Source: Capsulimonadaceae bacterium (lineage in GTDB: Bacteria > Armatimonadota > Armatimonadia > Armatimonadales > Capsulimonadaceae). Taken from it: a stretch of DNA of 64,000 nucleotides. The notes below the pieces were generated by a model. That model had not been told where the DNA came from. It was given only the letters and a program-made list of their open reading frames with translations, and did not search any database. The translations under genes were made by a program, and so were the position numbers. Positions 9,552 to 19,591 of the stretch are shown here, in pieces (position 1 is the stretch's first letter; each line of letters starts with the position of its first letter). The DNA lies in contig OZ244065.1 of NCBI GenBank assembly GCA_965215505.1, positions 2,752,001 to 2,816,000 of the forward strand, given 5' to 3'.

Positions 9552-11396
9552 ATGCCGAAGACTTCGCAGAAGGAACATCCGAGTGGGCCGCGCGTCCGCA
9601 TCATCCACCCCCGGCGGGCCGCGCCAGTGTTCGCGCTCCTAGCCGTCGGCGCACTCCTGACGCTCACGCCGCCCCTCGCGCACCCCGTCCGCGCCGCCGA
9701 TATTCCCGCCGCGCCCGCCCCGGCCCTGCCCACCAGCCTGATCCGCCTGAACACCCTGGGCTACCTCCCCGCGCACGACAAGAAGGCCACGGTCGCCGCC
9801 GCCATCACTGAGTTCCGCGTGGTGCGCGATTCGGACGGGGCTGCCGCCTTTCAGGGCCGGGCCACCGGCCCCGTCCATGACGCAGACACCAAAGAGGACG
9901 TCTATCTGGCCGACTTCTCCGCCCTGCGGACGCCCGGCGTCTACCACCTGGAGGCGGAAGGCGCGGGCCGGTCGGCCTCCTTCCGCATCGCGCCTGATGT
10001 CTACAATGACGCCTACCGGACGATGATGCAGGGGATGTACCTGTGGCGCTGCGGCACCGCCGTCAAAGCGACTTATAACGGCGTCACCTATTCGCACGAA
10101 GCCTGTCACCTCGACGACGCTTACCTGGACTACGTCGGCGGCGGCCACACCCGCGCCCCGTCCACGCGCGGGTGGCACGACGCCGGGGACTACAACAAGT
10201 ACACCGTCAACGGCGCGTTCGCGGCGGGCGTCCTGCTGCTGGCCTGGGAGCAGAACGCGCCCCGCCTGCGCGCCGTGCCTCTGCCGCAGCCGAACACCGC
10301 GCCCGGCACGCCCGACATGCTCAGTGAGGTCCGGTGGGAGATAGACTGGCTGCTGACCATGCAGGCCGCCGACGGCTCCGTCTACCACAAGGTCAGCACC
10401 GTCAACTTCGGACCGGCGGGGCCGCCCGAAACCGAAAAGACGCCCCGCTTCTTCGTCCCCTGGGGCAGCCCCGCCACCGCAGACTTCGTGGCCGTGGCCG
10501 CCCAGGCTGCCCGCGTCCTGCGCCCCTATGACGCCGCCTATGCCGACCGCTGCCTCGCCGCCGCGCGCCGCTCCTACGCCTTCCTCCAGGCGAACCCTGC
10601 CGACCACGCCCCCGACCAGGCCGCCTTCCGCACGGGCGGCTACGGCACCCGCGACGCCGACGACCGCCTGTGGGCCGCCGCCGAGCTATGGGAGACGACG
10701 GGAGACAAGGCCACGCTCGCCGACTTCGAGGCGCGCGCCCGCGCCATCCCGGACGGCCAGAAGATCCCCGCCGATTGGGGCTGGGGGGACGTCGGCAACC
10801 TGGGGATGTTTACCTACCTGTTCTCGGCCCGCCCCGGACGCGACCCCGCCCTGGTGGGCAGCATCCGGGCCGCTGTGCTGGCGACCGCAGACGCAATCGT
10901 CCGCACGGACGGCGCGAACGGCTACGGCCGCCCGCTGGTCGGTTACTACTGGGGCGACAACGGCGGCGTCGCCCTGACCGGGGCCGTGCTTCAGGCCGCC
11001 AACCGCCTCAAACCCACCCCCGCCTACACCGAGACGGCCCTGGACGCCGTTTCGCACCTGTTCGGGCGCAACTACTACGGCCGGTCCTTCGTCACCGGGC
11101 TGGGCGCGGACCCGCCGCTGCACCCGCACGACCGGCGCTCGGGCCTGAGTGCCGACTCGCCCGCGCCCGGCGTCCCGACCTGGCCGGGCTACCTCGTCGG
11201 CGGCGCCTGGCCCGGCCCGCGCGACTGGGTGGACGTGGCCGGGCGGTTCCAGGTCAACGAGATCGCCATCAACTGGAACGCCGCCCTCCTCTACACCCTG
11301 TCCGGCTTCGTGGAGGCTCCGGCGGCGGCACACCCCGCCTCGTCCAAGCCGAAGGCGGCGGGCAAAGGGCGCGGCAAGGAAAAAGGGGCGCGATAA
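9552..11396 (+). CDS. Glycoside hydrolase family 9 with N-terminal Ig-like (CelD-type) domain
   Basis: GWHDAGDYNKY, HPHDR, NEIAINWNA motifs; signal peptide. Confidence 0.93.
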   Translation: MPKTSQKEHPSGPRVRIIHPRRAAPVFALLAVGALLTLTPPLAHPVRAADIPAAPAPALPTSLIRLNTLGYLPAHDKKATVAAAITEFRVVRDSDGAAAFQGRATGPVHDADTKEDVYLADFSALRTPGVYHLEAEGAGRSASFRIAPDVYNDAYRTMMQGMYLWRCGTAVKATYNGVTYSHEACHLDDAYLDYVGGGHTRAPSTRGWHDAGDYNKYTVNGAFAAGVLLLAWEQNAPRLRAVPLPQPNTAPGTPDMLSEVRWEIDWLLTMQAADGSVYHKVSTVNFGPAGPPETEKTPRFFVPWGSPATADFVAVAAQAARVLRPYDAAYADRCLAAARRSYAFLQANPADHAPDQAAFRTGGYGTRDADDRLWAAAELWETTGDKATLADFEARARAIPDGQKIPADWGWGDVGNLGMFTYLFSARPGRDPALVGSIRAAVLATADAIVRTDGANGYGRPLVGYYWGDNGGVALTGAVLQAANRLKPTPAYTETALDAVSHLFGRNYYGRSFVTGLGADPPLHPHDRRSGLSADSPAPGVPTWPGYLVGGAWPGPRDWVDVAGRFQVNEIAINWNAALLYTLSGFVEAPAAAHPASSKPKAAGKGRGKEKGAR

Positions 11397-11434
11397 ATCG
11401 CGCCCCTACACCGTTCCTATCCGCTCTCAGCGGC

Positions 11435-12547
11435 CTACTTCCCGACCTCCACGATCGAGAACGAACCCGGCAGCATCTGGCCGCGACGGCCGCGACGCCG
11501 GGGCGCATCCGCCCCAGGAGCGGGGGCGGGGGCGTCCGCCGGGGGCGCGGGGGGCGGGCCGTACTGGGCGGCGATCAGCAGGATGTTGCCCGTCTTGGCG
11601 TCCAGCGTCAGCGTCTTCGCGCCGGGCATGGTCGTGACGGTCTGCTCCACCACGAAGGTCGTCGGCGTGCTTTCCTTGATGACGGTCAGCGTGCCGTCGC
11701 CCTGCGAGCTGAAGGCCTCGTTCGTCTTGGGGTTGAAGGTCGCCCCGTCGCAGCCCTGGCCGATGGGCAGGTCGCCCAGATACTTGCCGTCGTTGGCGTC
11801 CAGCATCACCATGACTGCCGGGTTCCGGCATGCGACGAACAGGACGTGGTTCTTGGCATCGAGTGCCAGGCCCGCGTCGCCGCCGCCTTTGCCGTTCAGC
11901 GAATAGGTCGTGGTCATCTTCATCGTCTTGGCGTCAATGACGGCGACGCTGTCCTTGTCCTCGATGTCCACATAGACGTGGCCCTTGCCGTCCGAGGCGG
12001 CCTGCTCGGGCGCACCGCCGATGTCTATCGTGCCGAGGATCGCGCCGTCGGCATCGTTCAGCACGGTGATGTTGGGCGCGCTGTGGCTGAGGACGTAGGT
12101 ACGGTGGTTAAAGGAGTCGTTCAGGATGCCATCCGGCCCGCCATCCACCGGGATGGTCTTGACCAGGGCCAGGGTCTTGGTGTCGAACATGGCGACCGGC
12201 TTGCTGGAAGCGAACCCGTGGTGGGTCTGCGTGTCCGAGGCCGCGCCGTGCGCGCCGGTCTGGGGGATGTCACCGGCGGAGGCCAGGGTGTCCAGGTTGT
12301 AGACCGCGACGTGGGGCGTGGGGCCGTTGCGCGCGACATACAGGTTGCGGCCGTCCGAATCGGCGTAGACGTAGTCGAAGCCGCCCTCGCCGCCGACTTT
12401 GGCGGTCTTCAGGATGTGGTACGGGCCGGTGGCCGCCGTCGGCATCGCCAGCATCGGGGGAGGCGGCGGGGGCGCGGGCTGCTGGGCCAGGGCGCCGGCC
12501 GCAAGGGCCGCGAGGCCGGCGGTCATTGACGGTAGAAATCGCTGCAT
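11435..12547 (-). CDS. YncE/YVTN-type beta-propeller secreted protein
   Basis: Signal peptide MQRFLPS...; GGEGGFDY, repeated blade motifs, GAKTLTLD. Confidence 0.8.
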   Translation of the reverse strand: MQRFLPSMTAGLAALAAGALAQQPAPPPPPPMLAMPTAATGPYHILKTAKVGGEGGFDYVYADSDGRNLYVARNGPTPHVAVYNLDTLASAGDIPQTGAHGAASDTQTHHGFASSKPVAMFDTKTLALVKTIPVDGGPDGILNDSFNHRTYVLSHSAPNITVLNDADGAILGTIDIGGAPEQAASDGKGHVYVDIEDKDSVAVIDAKTMKMTTTYSLNGKGGGDAGLALDAKNHVLFVACRNPAVMVMLDANDGKYLGDLPIGQGCDGATFNPKTNEAFSSQGDGTLTVIKESTPTTFVVEQTVTTMPGAKTLTLDAKTGNILLIAAQYGPPPAPPADAPAPAPGADAPRRRGRRGQMLPGSFSIVEVGK

Positions 12548-12706
12548 CGTTGTACCTCTTCTATTCGTGCTTTTGCTGCTGCTGTTAATCGTTTTGGCTA
12601 CAGTAATTATACCATGCGATTCTACGGGGAACAAAACCGCAGCGTTCCCGCGTTAGTATTATTGCTATCAGAGCCAGAAAAAGACCGAGCAGTGAGGTGG
12701 AATCCC

Positions 12707-14227
12707 ATGATCTACGCCAGCCCGAACACCGAAGGCAGCCGCGTCGCCTTCAAGTCCCGCTATGACAACTTCATCGGCGGGGAGTTCGTCCCGCCTGTTG
12801 ACGGCCGGTACTTTGAAGACCCCAGCCCGGTCAACGGCAAGACCTTCTGCGAGGTCGCGCGCTCCGGGGCCAAAGACATCGAGATGGCCCTGGACGCCGC
12901 CCACAAGGCCAAAGACGCCTGGGGCCGGACCTCGCAGGGCGAGCGCGCGAACATCCTCAACAAGATCGCCGACCGGATGGAGGCCAACTTGGAGATGCTG
13001 GCAGTCGCCGAGACCTGGGAGAATGGCAAGCCGGTCCGCGAGACACTCGCCGCCGACCTCCCCCTGGCGATTGACCACTTCCGCTACTTCGCCGGCTGCA
13101 TCCGCGCCCAGGAGGGCACCGCCTCCCCGATTGACGACAAGACCATCGCCTACCATTTCCACGAGCCTCTGGGCGTGGTCGGCCAGATCATCCCCTGGAA
13201 CTTCCCCCTCCTGATGGCGACCTGGAAGCTCGCCCCCGCCCTTGCCGCCGGCAACTGCGTAGTCATCAAGCCCGCCGAGCAGACTCCGGCCACCCTGCTG
13301 GTCCTGATGGAGCTGATCGGCGACCTGCTGCCCCCCGGCGTCCTGAACGTCGTCAACGGCTTCGGCGTGGAAGCCGGCAAGCCGCTGGCCTCCAGCCCCC
13401 GCATCGCCAAGATCGCTTTCACCGGCGAGACTACGACGGGCCGCCTGGTCATGCAGTACGCTTCGGAGAACATCATCCCCGTCACCCTGGAGCTAGGCGG
13501 CAAGTCCCCCAACGTCTTCTTCGCGGACACCCTGGCCCAGCAAGACGACTTCGCCTCCAAGTGCCTGGAGGGCTTCAACATGTTCGCCTTGAACCAGGGC
13601 GAGGTCTGCACCTGCCCGTCGCGCGCTTTGATCCAGTCCTCCATCTACGACGAGTTCCTGCACCACGCCCTGGAGCGCACCCGCCAGATCAAGCAGGGCA
13701 ACCCCCTGGACACGACCACCATGGTCGGCGCGCAGGCTTCCAACGACCAGCGGGAGAAGATTCTGTCCTATTTCGAGATCGGCCGGCAGGAGGGCGCGAA
13801 GGTGCTGCTCGGCGGCAAGGAGGCCGAGATGTCCGGCGACCTCAAGGGCGGCTACTACATCGAGCCGACCGTCTTTGAAGGGACCAACACCATGCGAATC
13901 TTCCAGGAGGAGATCTTCGGGCCGGTCTTGTCCGTGACGAAGTTCACCGATGAGGCGGACGCTCTGCGGATCGCGAACGAAACCCTGTACGGCCTGGGCG
14001 CGGGCGTCTGGACCCGCGACATGAACACCGCCTACCGCATGGGGCGCGGCATCCAGGCCGGGCGCGTGTGGACGAACTGCTACCACCTGTACCCCGCCCA
14101 CGCGGCCTTCGGCGGCTACAAGGCGAGCGGAATCGGGCGCGAGAACCACAAGATGATGCTGGACCACTACCAGCAGACCAAGAACATGCTGGTCTCCTAC
14201 GACCCCAAGCCGATGGGGTTCTTCTGA
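12707..14227 (+). CDS. aldB: NAD-dependent aldehyde dehydrogenase (AldB/AcoD/ExaC group)
   Basis: [43 protein letters not shown]; adjacent DUF779. Confidence 0.93.
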   Translation: MIYASPNTEGSRVAFKSRYDNFIGGEFVPPVDGRYFEDPSPVNGKTFCEVARSGAKDIEMALDAAHKAKDAWGRTSQGERANILNKIADRMEANLEMLAVAETWENGKPVRETLAADLPLAIDHFRYFAGCIRAQEGTASPIDDKTIAYHFHEPLGVVGQIIPWNFPLLMATWKLAPALAAGNCVVIKPAEQTPATLLVLMELIGDLLPPGVLNVVNGFGVEAGKPLASSPRIAKIAFTGETTTGRLVMQYASENIIPVTLELGGKSPNVFFADTLAQQDDFASKCLEGFNMFALNQGEVCTCPSRALIQSSIYDEFLHHALERTRQIKQGNPLDTTTMVGAQASNDQREKILSYFEIGRQEGAKVLLGGKEAEMSGDLKGGYYIEPTVFEGTNTMRIFQEEIFGPVLSVTKFTDEADALRIANETLYGLGAGVWTRDMNTAYRMGRGIQAGRVWTNCYHLYPAHAAFGGYKASGIGRENHKMMLDHYQQTKNMLVSYDPKPMGFF

Positions 14228-14415
14228 TCCTCTCCCCCGTCGCTGCGCGCCGACCCCTCCCCTCGCAGGGAAGGGGGTGTGAAAGGGGGTTGAAATGGTA
14301 CTCTCGTGAGCCTGACCGTAACCGCCAGGCCACATGACAAGAAGTGCCCTGGCCTCCACAACACCCCCTTCCCTCCGAGGGGAGGGGCGGCGCTTGCGCC
14401 GGGGAGAGGATCAGA
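14223..14415. repeat. Inverted-repeat element between aldehyde dehydrogenase and DUF779
   Basis: TCTGATCCTCTCCCC / GGGGAGAGGATCAGA ends with two inner CCCCT..AGGGG hairpins. Confidence 0.7.
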
Positions 14416-14430
14416 CCAAAGGCTACACCT

Positions 14431-14835
14431 ATGCCCACCGACCGCGTCACCATCAACCCCGAGGCCGCCGCCTGGGTGGAGCGCCTGCGCGTCCAGCACG
14501 GCCCGCTGATGTTCCACCAGTCCGGCGGCTGCTGCGACGGCAGTTCCCCCATGTGCTACCCCCTCGGGGACTTCAAAGTCGGGGCGCGTGACGTGTTCCT
14601 CGGCACCGTCGCGGGCTGCCCCTTCTACATGAGCGGCCCGCAGTTCGACTACTGGCGGCACACCCACCTCACCGTGGATGTCGTGCCGGGCCGGGGCAGC
14701 GGCTTCTCCGTCGAGGCCCCCGAGGGCGTCCGGTTCCTCATCCGCTCCCGCCTCTTCACCGAGGCCGAGGCAAGCGCCCTGGCCCTAGAGGGCGACCCGC
14801 CCACCGGCCCCGCGCCGGACGGGCCACAGAGTTAG
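14431..14835 (+). CDS. DUF779 family protein
   Basis: GPLMFHQSGGCCDGSSPMCY, VDVVPGRGSGFSVEAPEG. Confidence 0.92.
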   Translation: MPTDRVTINPEAAAWVERLRVQHGPLMFHQSGGCCDGSSPMCYPLGDFKVGARDVFLGTVAGCPFYMSGPQFDYWRHTHLTVDVVPGRGSGFSVEAPEGVRFLIRSRLFTEAEASALALEGDPPTGPAPDGPQS

Positions 14836-14914
14836 GCCCTTCGCCCTGCCGGGTATAGGGTTTTATGCCGCCCGCACATAGCGGGCGGCCCCGAACACTA
14901 GAACCGAGGCAACA

Positions 14915-15736
14915 ATGACGTACATCACGACACGCGACGGCACCAAGCTCTACACCAAGGACTGGGGGGCGGGCCGACCCGTCATCCTCCTCCACGGCTG
15001 GCCCCTCTCTGCCGATAGCTGGGACGACCAGGCCATGCCCCTCGCCGAGGCCGGCTTCCGCACCATCGCTTATGACCGGCGCGGCTTCGGGCGCTCCGAC
15101 CAGCCCTGGGACGGCTACGATTACGACACGCTCTCCGATGACCTGGCCGACGTCATCCAGGAGACCGGCGCGGCCGACGCCGCCCTCGTCGGCTTCTCCA
15201 TGGCCGGCGGCGAGGTCGCCCGCTACCTGTCCCGGCACGGCGGCAAGGGCGTCTCCCAGGCGGCCCTGATCTCCTCGGTCGTGCCCTACATGCTCCAGAC
15301 CGACGACAACCCGGACGGCGTCCCCGCCCCGATGTTCGCCCAGATGACGGCGGGCATGAAGGCCGACCGCGCCCAGTTCTTCGCGAGCTTCTTCAAGTCC
15401 TTCTACGGCGTCGGCGTCATCAAGCACCCCGTCAGCAATGAGCTGATGGAGAACTCCTGCGACGTCGCCATGACGGCCAGCCTGAAAGCCACCCTCGCCT
15501 GCGCCGCCGCCTTCGCGACCACGGACTTCCGCCCCGACCTCGCCGCCTTCACCGTCCCGACCCTGATCGTCCACGGCACCGCCGACCAGACCGTCCCCAT
15601 CGACGCCACGGGCCGCGCCGCCGCCAAGGCCATCCCCCACGCCAAGCTCCTCGAGTACGACGGTGCCCCCCACGGCCTCTTCGCCACCGAAAAGGACCGC
15701 CTCACCGCCGACCTGCTGGCATTCCTGAAGCGATAA
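14915..15736 (+). CDS. Alpha/beta hydrolase, non-heme haloperoxidase/arylesterase type
   Basis: HGWPL, YDRRGFGRS, GFSMAG nucleophile elbow, HGTADQTVP, GAPHG. Confidence 0.9.
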   Translation: MTYITTRDGTKLYTKDWGAGRPVILLHGWPLSADSWDDQAMPLAEAGFRTIAYDRRGFGRSDQPWDGYDYDTLSDDLADVIQETGAADAALVGFSMAGGEVARYLSRHGGKGVSQAALISSVVPYMLQTDDNPDGVPAPMFAQMTAGMKADRAQFFASFFKSFYGVGVIKHPVSNELMENSCDVAMTASLKATLACAAAFATTDFRPDLAAFTVPTLIVHGTADQTVPIDATGRAAAKAIPHAKLLEYDGAPHGLFATEKDRLTADLLAFLKR

Positions 15737-15817
15737 AACCACGGGTTGAAACCCATGGCGAACGGGCGCGGGGCTGATGCCCCGCGCCCCTTTTGTCCCG
15801 GCCTGTTCCTCACGTCT

Positions 15818-15911
15818 CGTAGGGGCGCCGCTTGCCGCGCCCTCCTGACGGGCCGCGCCCTCCTGACGGGCGAGGGCGGGGATAAGAGGGCGCGGCAAGC
15901 GGCGCCCCTAC
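15818..15911. repeat. Inverted pair of family A REP-like units with internal tandem duplication
   Basis: CGTAGGGGCGCCGCTTGCCGCGCCCTC...AGAGGGCGCGGCAAGCGGCGCCCCTAC; GCCGCGCCCTCCTGACGG twice. Confidence 0.85.
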
Positions 15912-15936
15912 AATTCCGCCGCTCTCGTATCCCCCT

Positions 15937-15965
15937 TGACACCCGCCCCCCGACCTGTTAAAATA
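15937..15965 (+). promoter_or_regulatory. Sigma70-type promoter for GAF-LuxR gene
   Basis: TTGACA-17 nt-TAAAAT. Confidence 0.65.
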
Positions 15966-16018
15966 CCCCCAGCCCAGCGTGGGGCCTCCCTCTCTCCCGC
16001 CCATCCAGGAGACGCCCC

Positions 16019-17053
16019 ATGAGACAGCCGAAGGACAAGCCCAAGGACGCCCCGCCCCGACCGCCGACGCTCTCCCCCGCCCTCGTCCAGATCTTGGAGG
16101 AGGCCGACCGGGACATACACCGCCTGGAACCCGAGAACCCCTACCGGCTGTACGAGTTCCTCCACGCCACCGCCGCCCGCATCGCCCCCGTGGACGCCTT
16201 CTACGTCTGCCTCTACTCGGAGGCCGACAAGGCGCTCTTCTTCGCCTACAACGTGGACGGCGACATCTACGACGTACCCGTCACCCTGCCGCTCGGCAAT
16301 GGCCCCACCTCACGCGCCGTCCGGCAGGGCTGCCCCGTCGTCGTGAACAGCCACGAGGATGCGCTCCGAGTCGGCGGCATCCACTTCGGCCAGATGGAGC
16401 GCGTCAGCCGCGCCGCCGTCCACGTCCCCATCCGCGCCCAGGACGCCAAGACCGACGCCAGGACCGTCCTCGGCGTCCTCTCCGCCCACACCTACGGGCC
16501 GGACCCCTACACCCCCGAGGCCGTCGCCGCCCTCCAGCGGCTGGCCGACCGGGCGGGCGTCGCCCTGACCCGCGAGCGCGACGAGGCCGCCTGGCGCTAC
16601 CGCCTGCGCGCCGCCGATGCCCTCGAAGCCGACCGCCTCCGCCCCCTCGTGGAACAGGCCGAAGCCTTCGTCGCCATGCTCCAGCGGCTCGGCGGCCAGA
16701 TCGAGGGCCTGCGCCCCCTCCTCCCGCCCGGCGACCCGGCCCTCAGCGATGCCGTCACCGCCCTCCACCGCCACTGCTGCGAGGCCCAGACGCGCGCCAA
16801 CCAGCTCCCCCTCCGCCCCGACCTGTCCCCCCAGGCCTCCCCGTGCGCCCTGCTCGCCGCCCTCACCCCCACCGAGCGCACCATCCTTCGCTACATCGCC
16901 CAGGGCGACTCTAACCAGGCCATCGCCGCCGCCGAATGCATCAGCGGGAACACCGTCAGGTTCCACTGCAAGAACATCTTCCAGAAACTTGAAGTCACCA
17001 CCCGCACCGCCGCCGCCCACGTCTGGCTGACGTCTCCTGACGCCAACTCCTGA
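16019..17053 (+). CDS. GAF-domain LuxR-family transcriptional regulator
   Basis: N-terminal GAF-like (AFYVCLY, HVPI, VLGVLS); C-terminal LTPTERTIL...GDSNQAIA...TVRFHCKNIFQKL; AGGAG RBS. Confidence 0.85.
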   Translation: MRQPKDKPKDAPPRPPTLSPALVQILEEADRDIHRLEPENPYRLYEFLHATAARIAPVDAFYVCLYSEADKALFFAYNVDGDIYDVPVTLPLGNGPTSRAVRQGCPVVVNSHEDALRVGGIHFGQMERVSRAAVHVPIRAQDAKTDARTVLGVLSAHTYGPDPYTPEAVAALQRLADRAGVALTRERDEAAWRYRLRAADALEADRLRPLVEQAEAFVAMLQRLGGQIEGLRPLLPPGDPALSDAVTALHRHCCEAQTRANQLPLRPDLSPQASPCALLAALTPTERTILRYIAQGDSNQAIAAAECISGNTVRFHCKNIFQKLEVTTRTAAAHVWLTSPDANS

Positions 17054-17055
17054 GC

Positions 17056-17128
17056 GCCCTACCCCAACGGGTAGGGCCAAAGACTACCCGTTATGGTTAT
17101 TTTCATTCTCGCTCCCTTGCTTTATAAT
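17056..17128 (+). promoter_or_regulatory. Paired LuxR/NarL-like operator palindromes and -10 box
   Basis: GCCCTACCC-CAAC-GGGTAGGGC (17056-17077), degenerate CTACCCGTTATGGTTA (17084-17099), TATAAT at 17123-17128. Confidence 0.55.
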
Positions 17129-17190
17129 GGAGGTGCTTGAAGCGCCATGCCTCCTTATGCCGTCAACCGGTACTGCCGGAAGGAAGAACG

Positions 17191-18579
17191 ATGAACAGAC
17201 TGATCCTCGCCCTGCTGCTCCTGTCCGCCTGCGTCTGCGGGCTGTCTCGGCCGCTCCGTGCCGACACCCCCACCCCGCTCTCGCACATGCTGTGGGTCAA
17301 CACCGACGGGCGCGTCATGCTGTGGAGCGTCAACCCCAACGGCTCGTTCAACGTCCTTGGCGGCTACGGCCCCTACTACGACGGCCCCGGCAACCTGTGG
17401 ACGCCCAAATCCATCACGGAAGGGGCCGACGGCATCACGCACATCCTGTGGGGCAACCCGGACCACCGGGCGATGTACTGGAACGTCTACGCCGACGGCT
17501 CCTTCCAGACCGTCGCCGGCTACGGCCCCTACACGGATGACACGCCGAGCCACCTGTGGGAACCCGCCCTGATGAGCGCCTTCGTCCCCGGCGGCACCAG
17601 CGGGATCGGCTTCACCGGCGCGGCGGGCGGCGACCTCTTCGGTTCCTTCCCAAATCCGACCGTCGCCGCCGGCGCTATCACCCACACCAAACTAGCCTCC
17701 GACTCGGCCTCGCTCAGTCAAGTGTCTGGGGGCCAAATCTACGTTCCTGATGCTACTCATGTCGAAATTCTGCATGATCTTATCATCAAACAAGGCACCG
17801 GGATCGGCATAGAAGGTCATGGCGGTGGAGTTGGCAATAATGGTGGTCAAGGCCGTGCGGTGGTAGATGGCGGGCCAATCGCGGGACTAGTTCTTAACTA
17901 TGCCAACGACTTCGGCAGGGTTAGCGTTCCGAGCGACCTAGCTATCGATGGCAGCTTAACTCTTGGAACCGGCGAAGTAAATGCCTCTAGCGACATTAAT
18001 ATCAGAAGAAATACCACCGTCCGGGGCATTTTAGGTGTTACAACTGGTATCAACTGTAATGGCAGCGCTGCGATAGGAACTACACTTGGCACTGGTAGCG
18101 ACATCGTTTGCGGCGGTCAGGTCAGTGCCAAATCCCTCCAAATCACCGGCGGCAGCGACCTCGCCGAGCCGTACAAGATCGCCGCCTCCGCCCAGGTCCA
18201 GCCCCTCCCCGGCATGGTCGTCTCCATTGACCCCGACCAGACCGGGCAGATGCGCGTCGCCACACGCCCCTACGACAACGCCGTCGGCGGCATCATCAGC
18301 GGCGCGGGCGGCGTCCAGCCCGGCGTCGTGCTGCGCCAGACCGGCACCGTCGCCGACGGCACCCTGCCCATCGCGAGTGTCGGGCGCGTCTGGTGCTGGT
18401 GCGACGCCGATGCGGGCGGGGCCATCACGCCCGGCGACCTGCTCACCACCTCCGCCACCCCCGGCCACGCCATGCGGGTCCGCGACCACGACAGGGCGCG
18501 CGGAGCGATTCTGGGCAAAGCCATGTCCCCGCTCAAGAGCGGCAAGGGGCTGGTACTGGTGTTGGTCACGCTGGAATAG
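17191..18579 (+). CDS. Secreted tail-fibre/spike-like protein with putative C-terminal G2-type intramolecular chaperone domain
   Basis: Signal peptide; twice-repeated HxLWxNxD..YGPY unit; GGDLFGSFPNPTV and GAITHTKLA fibre-like motifs; C-terminal GSDLAE...GRV...PGDLLTTS..PGHAM...GKAM. Confidence 0.65.
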   Translation: MNRLILALLLLSACVCGLSRPLRADTPTPLSHMLWVNTDGRVMLWSVNPNGSFNVLGGYGPYYDGPGNLWTPKSITEGADGITHILWGNPDHRAMYWNVYADGSFQTVAGYGPYTDDTPSHLWEPALMSAFVPGGTSGIGFTGAAGGDLFGSFPNPTVAAGAITHTKLASDSASLSQVSGGQIYVPDATHVEILHDLIIKQGTGIGIEGHGGGVGNNGGQGRAVVDGGPIAGLVLNYANDFGRVSVPSDLAIDGSLTLGTGEVNASSDINIRRNTTVRGILGVTTGINCNGSAAIGTTLGTGSDIVCGGQVSAKSLQITGGSDLAEPYKIAASAQVQPLPGMVVSIDPDQTGQMRVATRPYDNAVGGIISGAGGVQPGVVLRQTGTVADGTLPIASVGRVWCWCDADAGGAITPGDLLTTSATPGHAMRVRDHDRARGAILGKAMSPLKSGKGLVLVLVTLE

Positions 18580-18580
18580 G

Positions 18581-18700
18581 ACACGGGGCTGAACCCCCGT
18601 GCTGTAGAAGTGCAACTCCCCGCCTGCGCGGGCAGAAGAGGCAACCGCGTAGGGGTACGATTCATCGCGACCTCCTTCCTACACCCGCGCAGGCGGGGGA
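18581..18700. repeat. Family B-type palindromic element with central GTAG unit
   Basis: ACACGGGGCTGAACCCCCGTGCT identical to 46911-46933; inner CCCGCCTGCGCGGG inverted pair. Confidence 0.75.
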
Positions 18701-18746
18701 TTTCCCTTTGAAGACCTTGCACCGCTGAAAGCGAAGGCAAAGCGCT

Positions 18747-19586
18747 ATGCGATCTAATCACCAACCCAAACGGGCAGGATGCATTTTCATCTTGTCAATT
18801 ATCTGCTGGCTGTCACTGGCAAGTCAGTCTTGGGCGCTGGACAAGACTTCAACCGGCTTCTATTATCCGACAGGCTTGGCCACATGGCCTCAGACCTGCG
18901 GGATTTGGCTGGGGCGGGACGTGAACAACGGCGGTTGCTATGAGCCTGCGGGGGTTTATCACATCGGCCAAGACATGATTATTGCTCAAAATTCCGGTGT
19001 CTACGCGATCTCTGACGGGGATGTCGTAAAAATTTACACGACAGACGCAAACGACGATTACGGGCTGGGCACTGGCAATTCCGTTATCTTCGTGAAGCAC
19101 ACGCTTAAAGATGGCAGCCAATTCTTAGGCGTCTATATGCATGTGCGCCCCTCAGTTCATGAAGGCGATCATGTGACAAGCGGAAGTAGCATAGCGACTG
19201 TTGGCCCTTATCAGTATAGTGTGCCTCATTTGCATTTTGCCATTCACCCGTCGCTAACAGTCCCGACTACGGACTGGGGACGAATGCCTAATAGCGCCTG
19301 GGGTGGCGACAACAATGGCTTCGTAGACCCTATCAATTGGCTGACGACTAAGTTCCCTCCCGGCGGCAACGACACTGATATCTATGTGGGACTGAACGGC
19401 AACGATGCCAGTAGCGGTAGCACAAGCGCCCCGCTCCGAACTGTCCGGCACGCCATTGATACAGCCAACGCGACTCAGCCGGTGACAATTCATATCGCGC
19501 CAGGCACTTACAATGAGAAGGTCGGTACCAGCAAGCACATCCATTTTGTGACCTGGGGTAGTGGCATAGTGCGAATTGGAGGGTAA
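18747..19586 (+). CDS. Secreted M23-family peptidase with 71-aa C-terminal module
   Basis: Signal peptide; YHIGQD (HxxxD), YMHV, PHLHF (HxH), VDPINWL; lower GC than flanks. Confidence 0.85.
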   Translation: MRSNHQPKRAGCIFILSIICWLSLASQSWALDKTSTGFYYPTGLATWPQTCGIWLGRDVNNGGCYEPAGVYHIGQDMIIAQNSGVYAISDGDVVKIYTTDANDDYGLGTGNSVIFVKHTLKDGSQFLGVYMHVRPSVHEGDHVTSGSSIATVGPYQYSVPHLHFAIHPSLTVPTTDWGRMPNSAWGGDNNGFVDPINWLTTKFPPGGNDTDIYVGLNGNDASSGSTSAPLRTVRHAIDTANATQPVTIHIAPGTYNEKVGTSKHIHFVTWGSGIVRIGG

Positions 19587-19591
19587 CAAGA

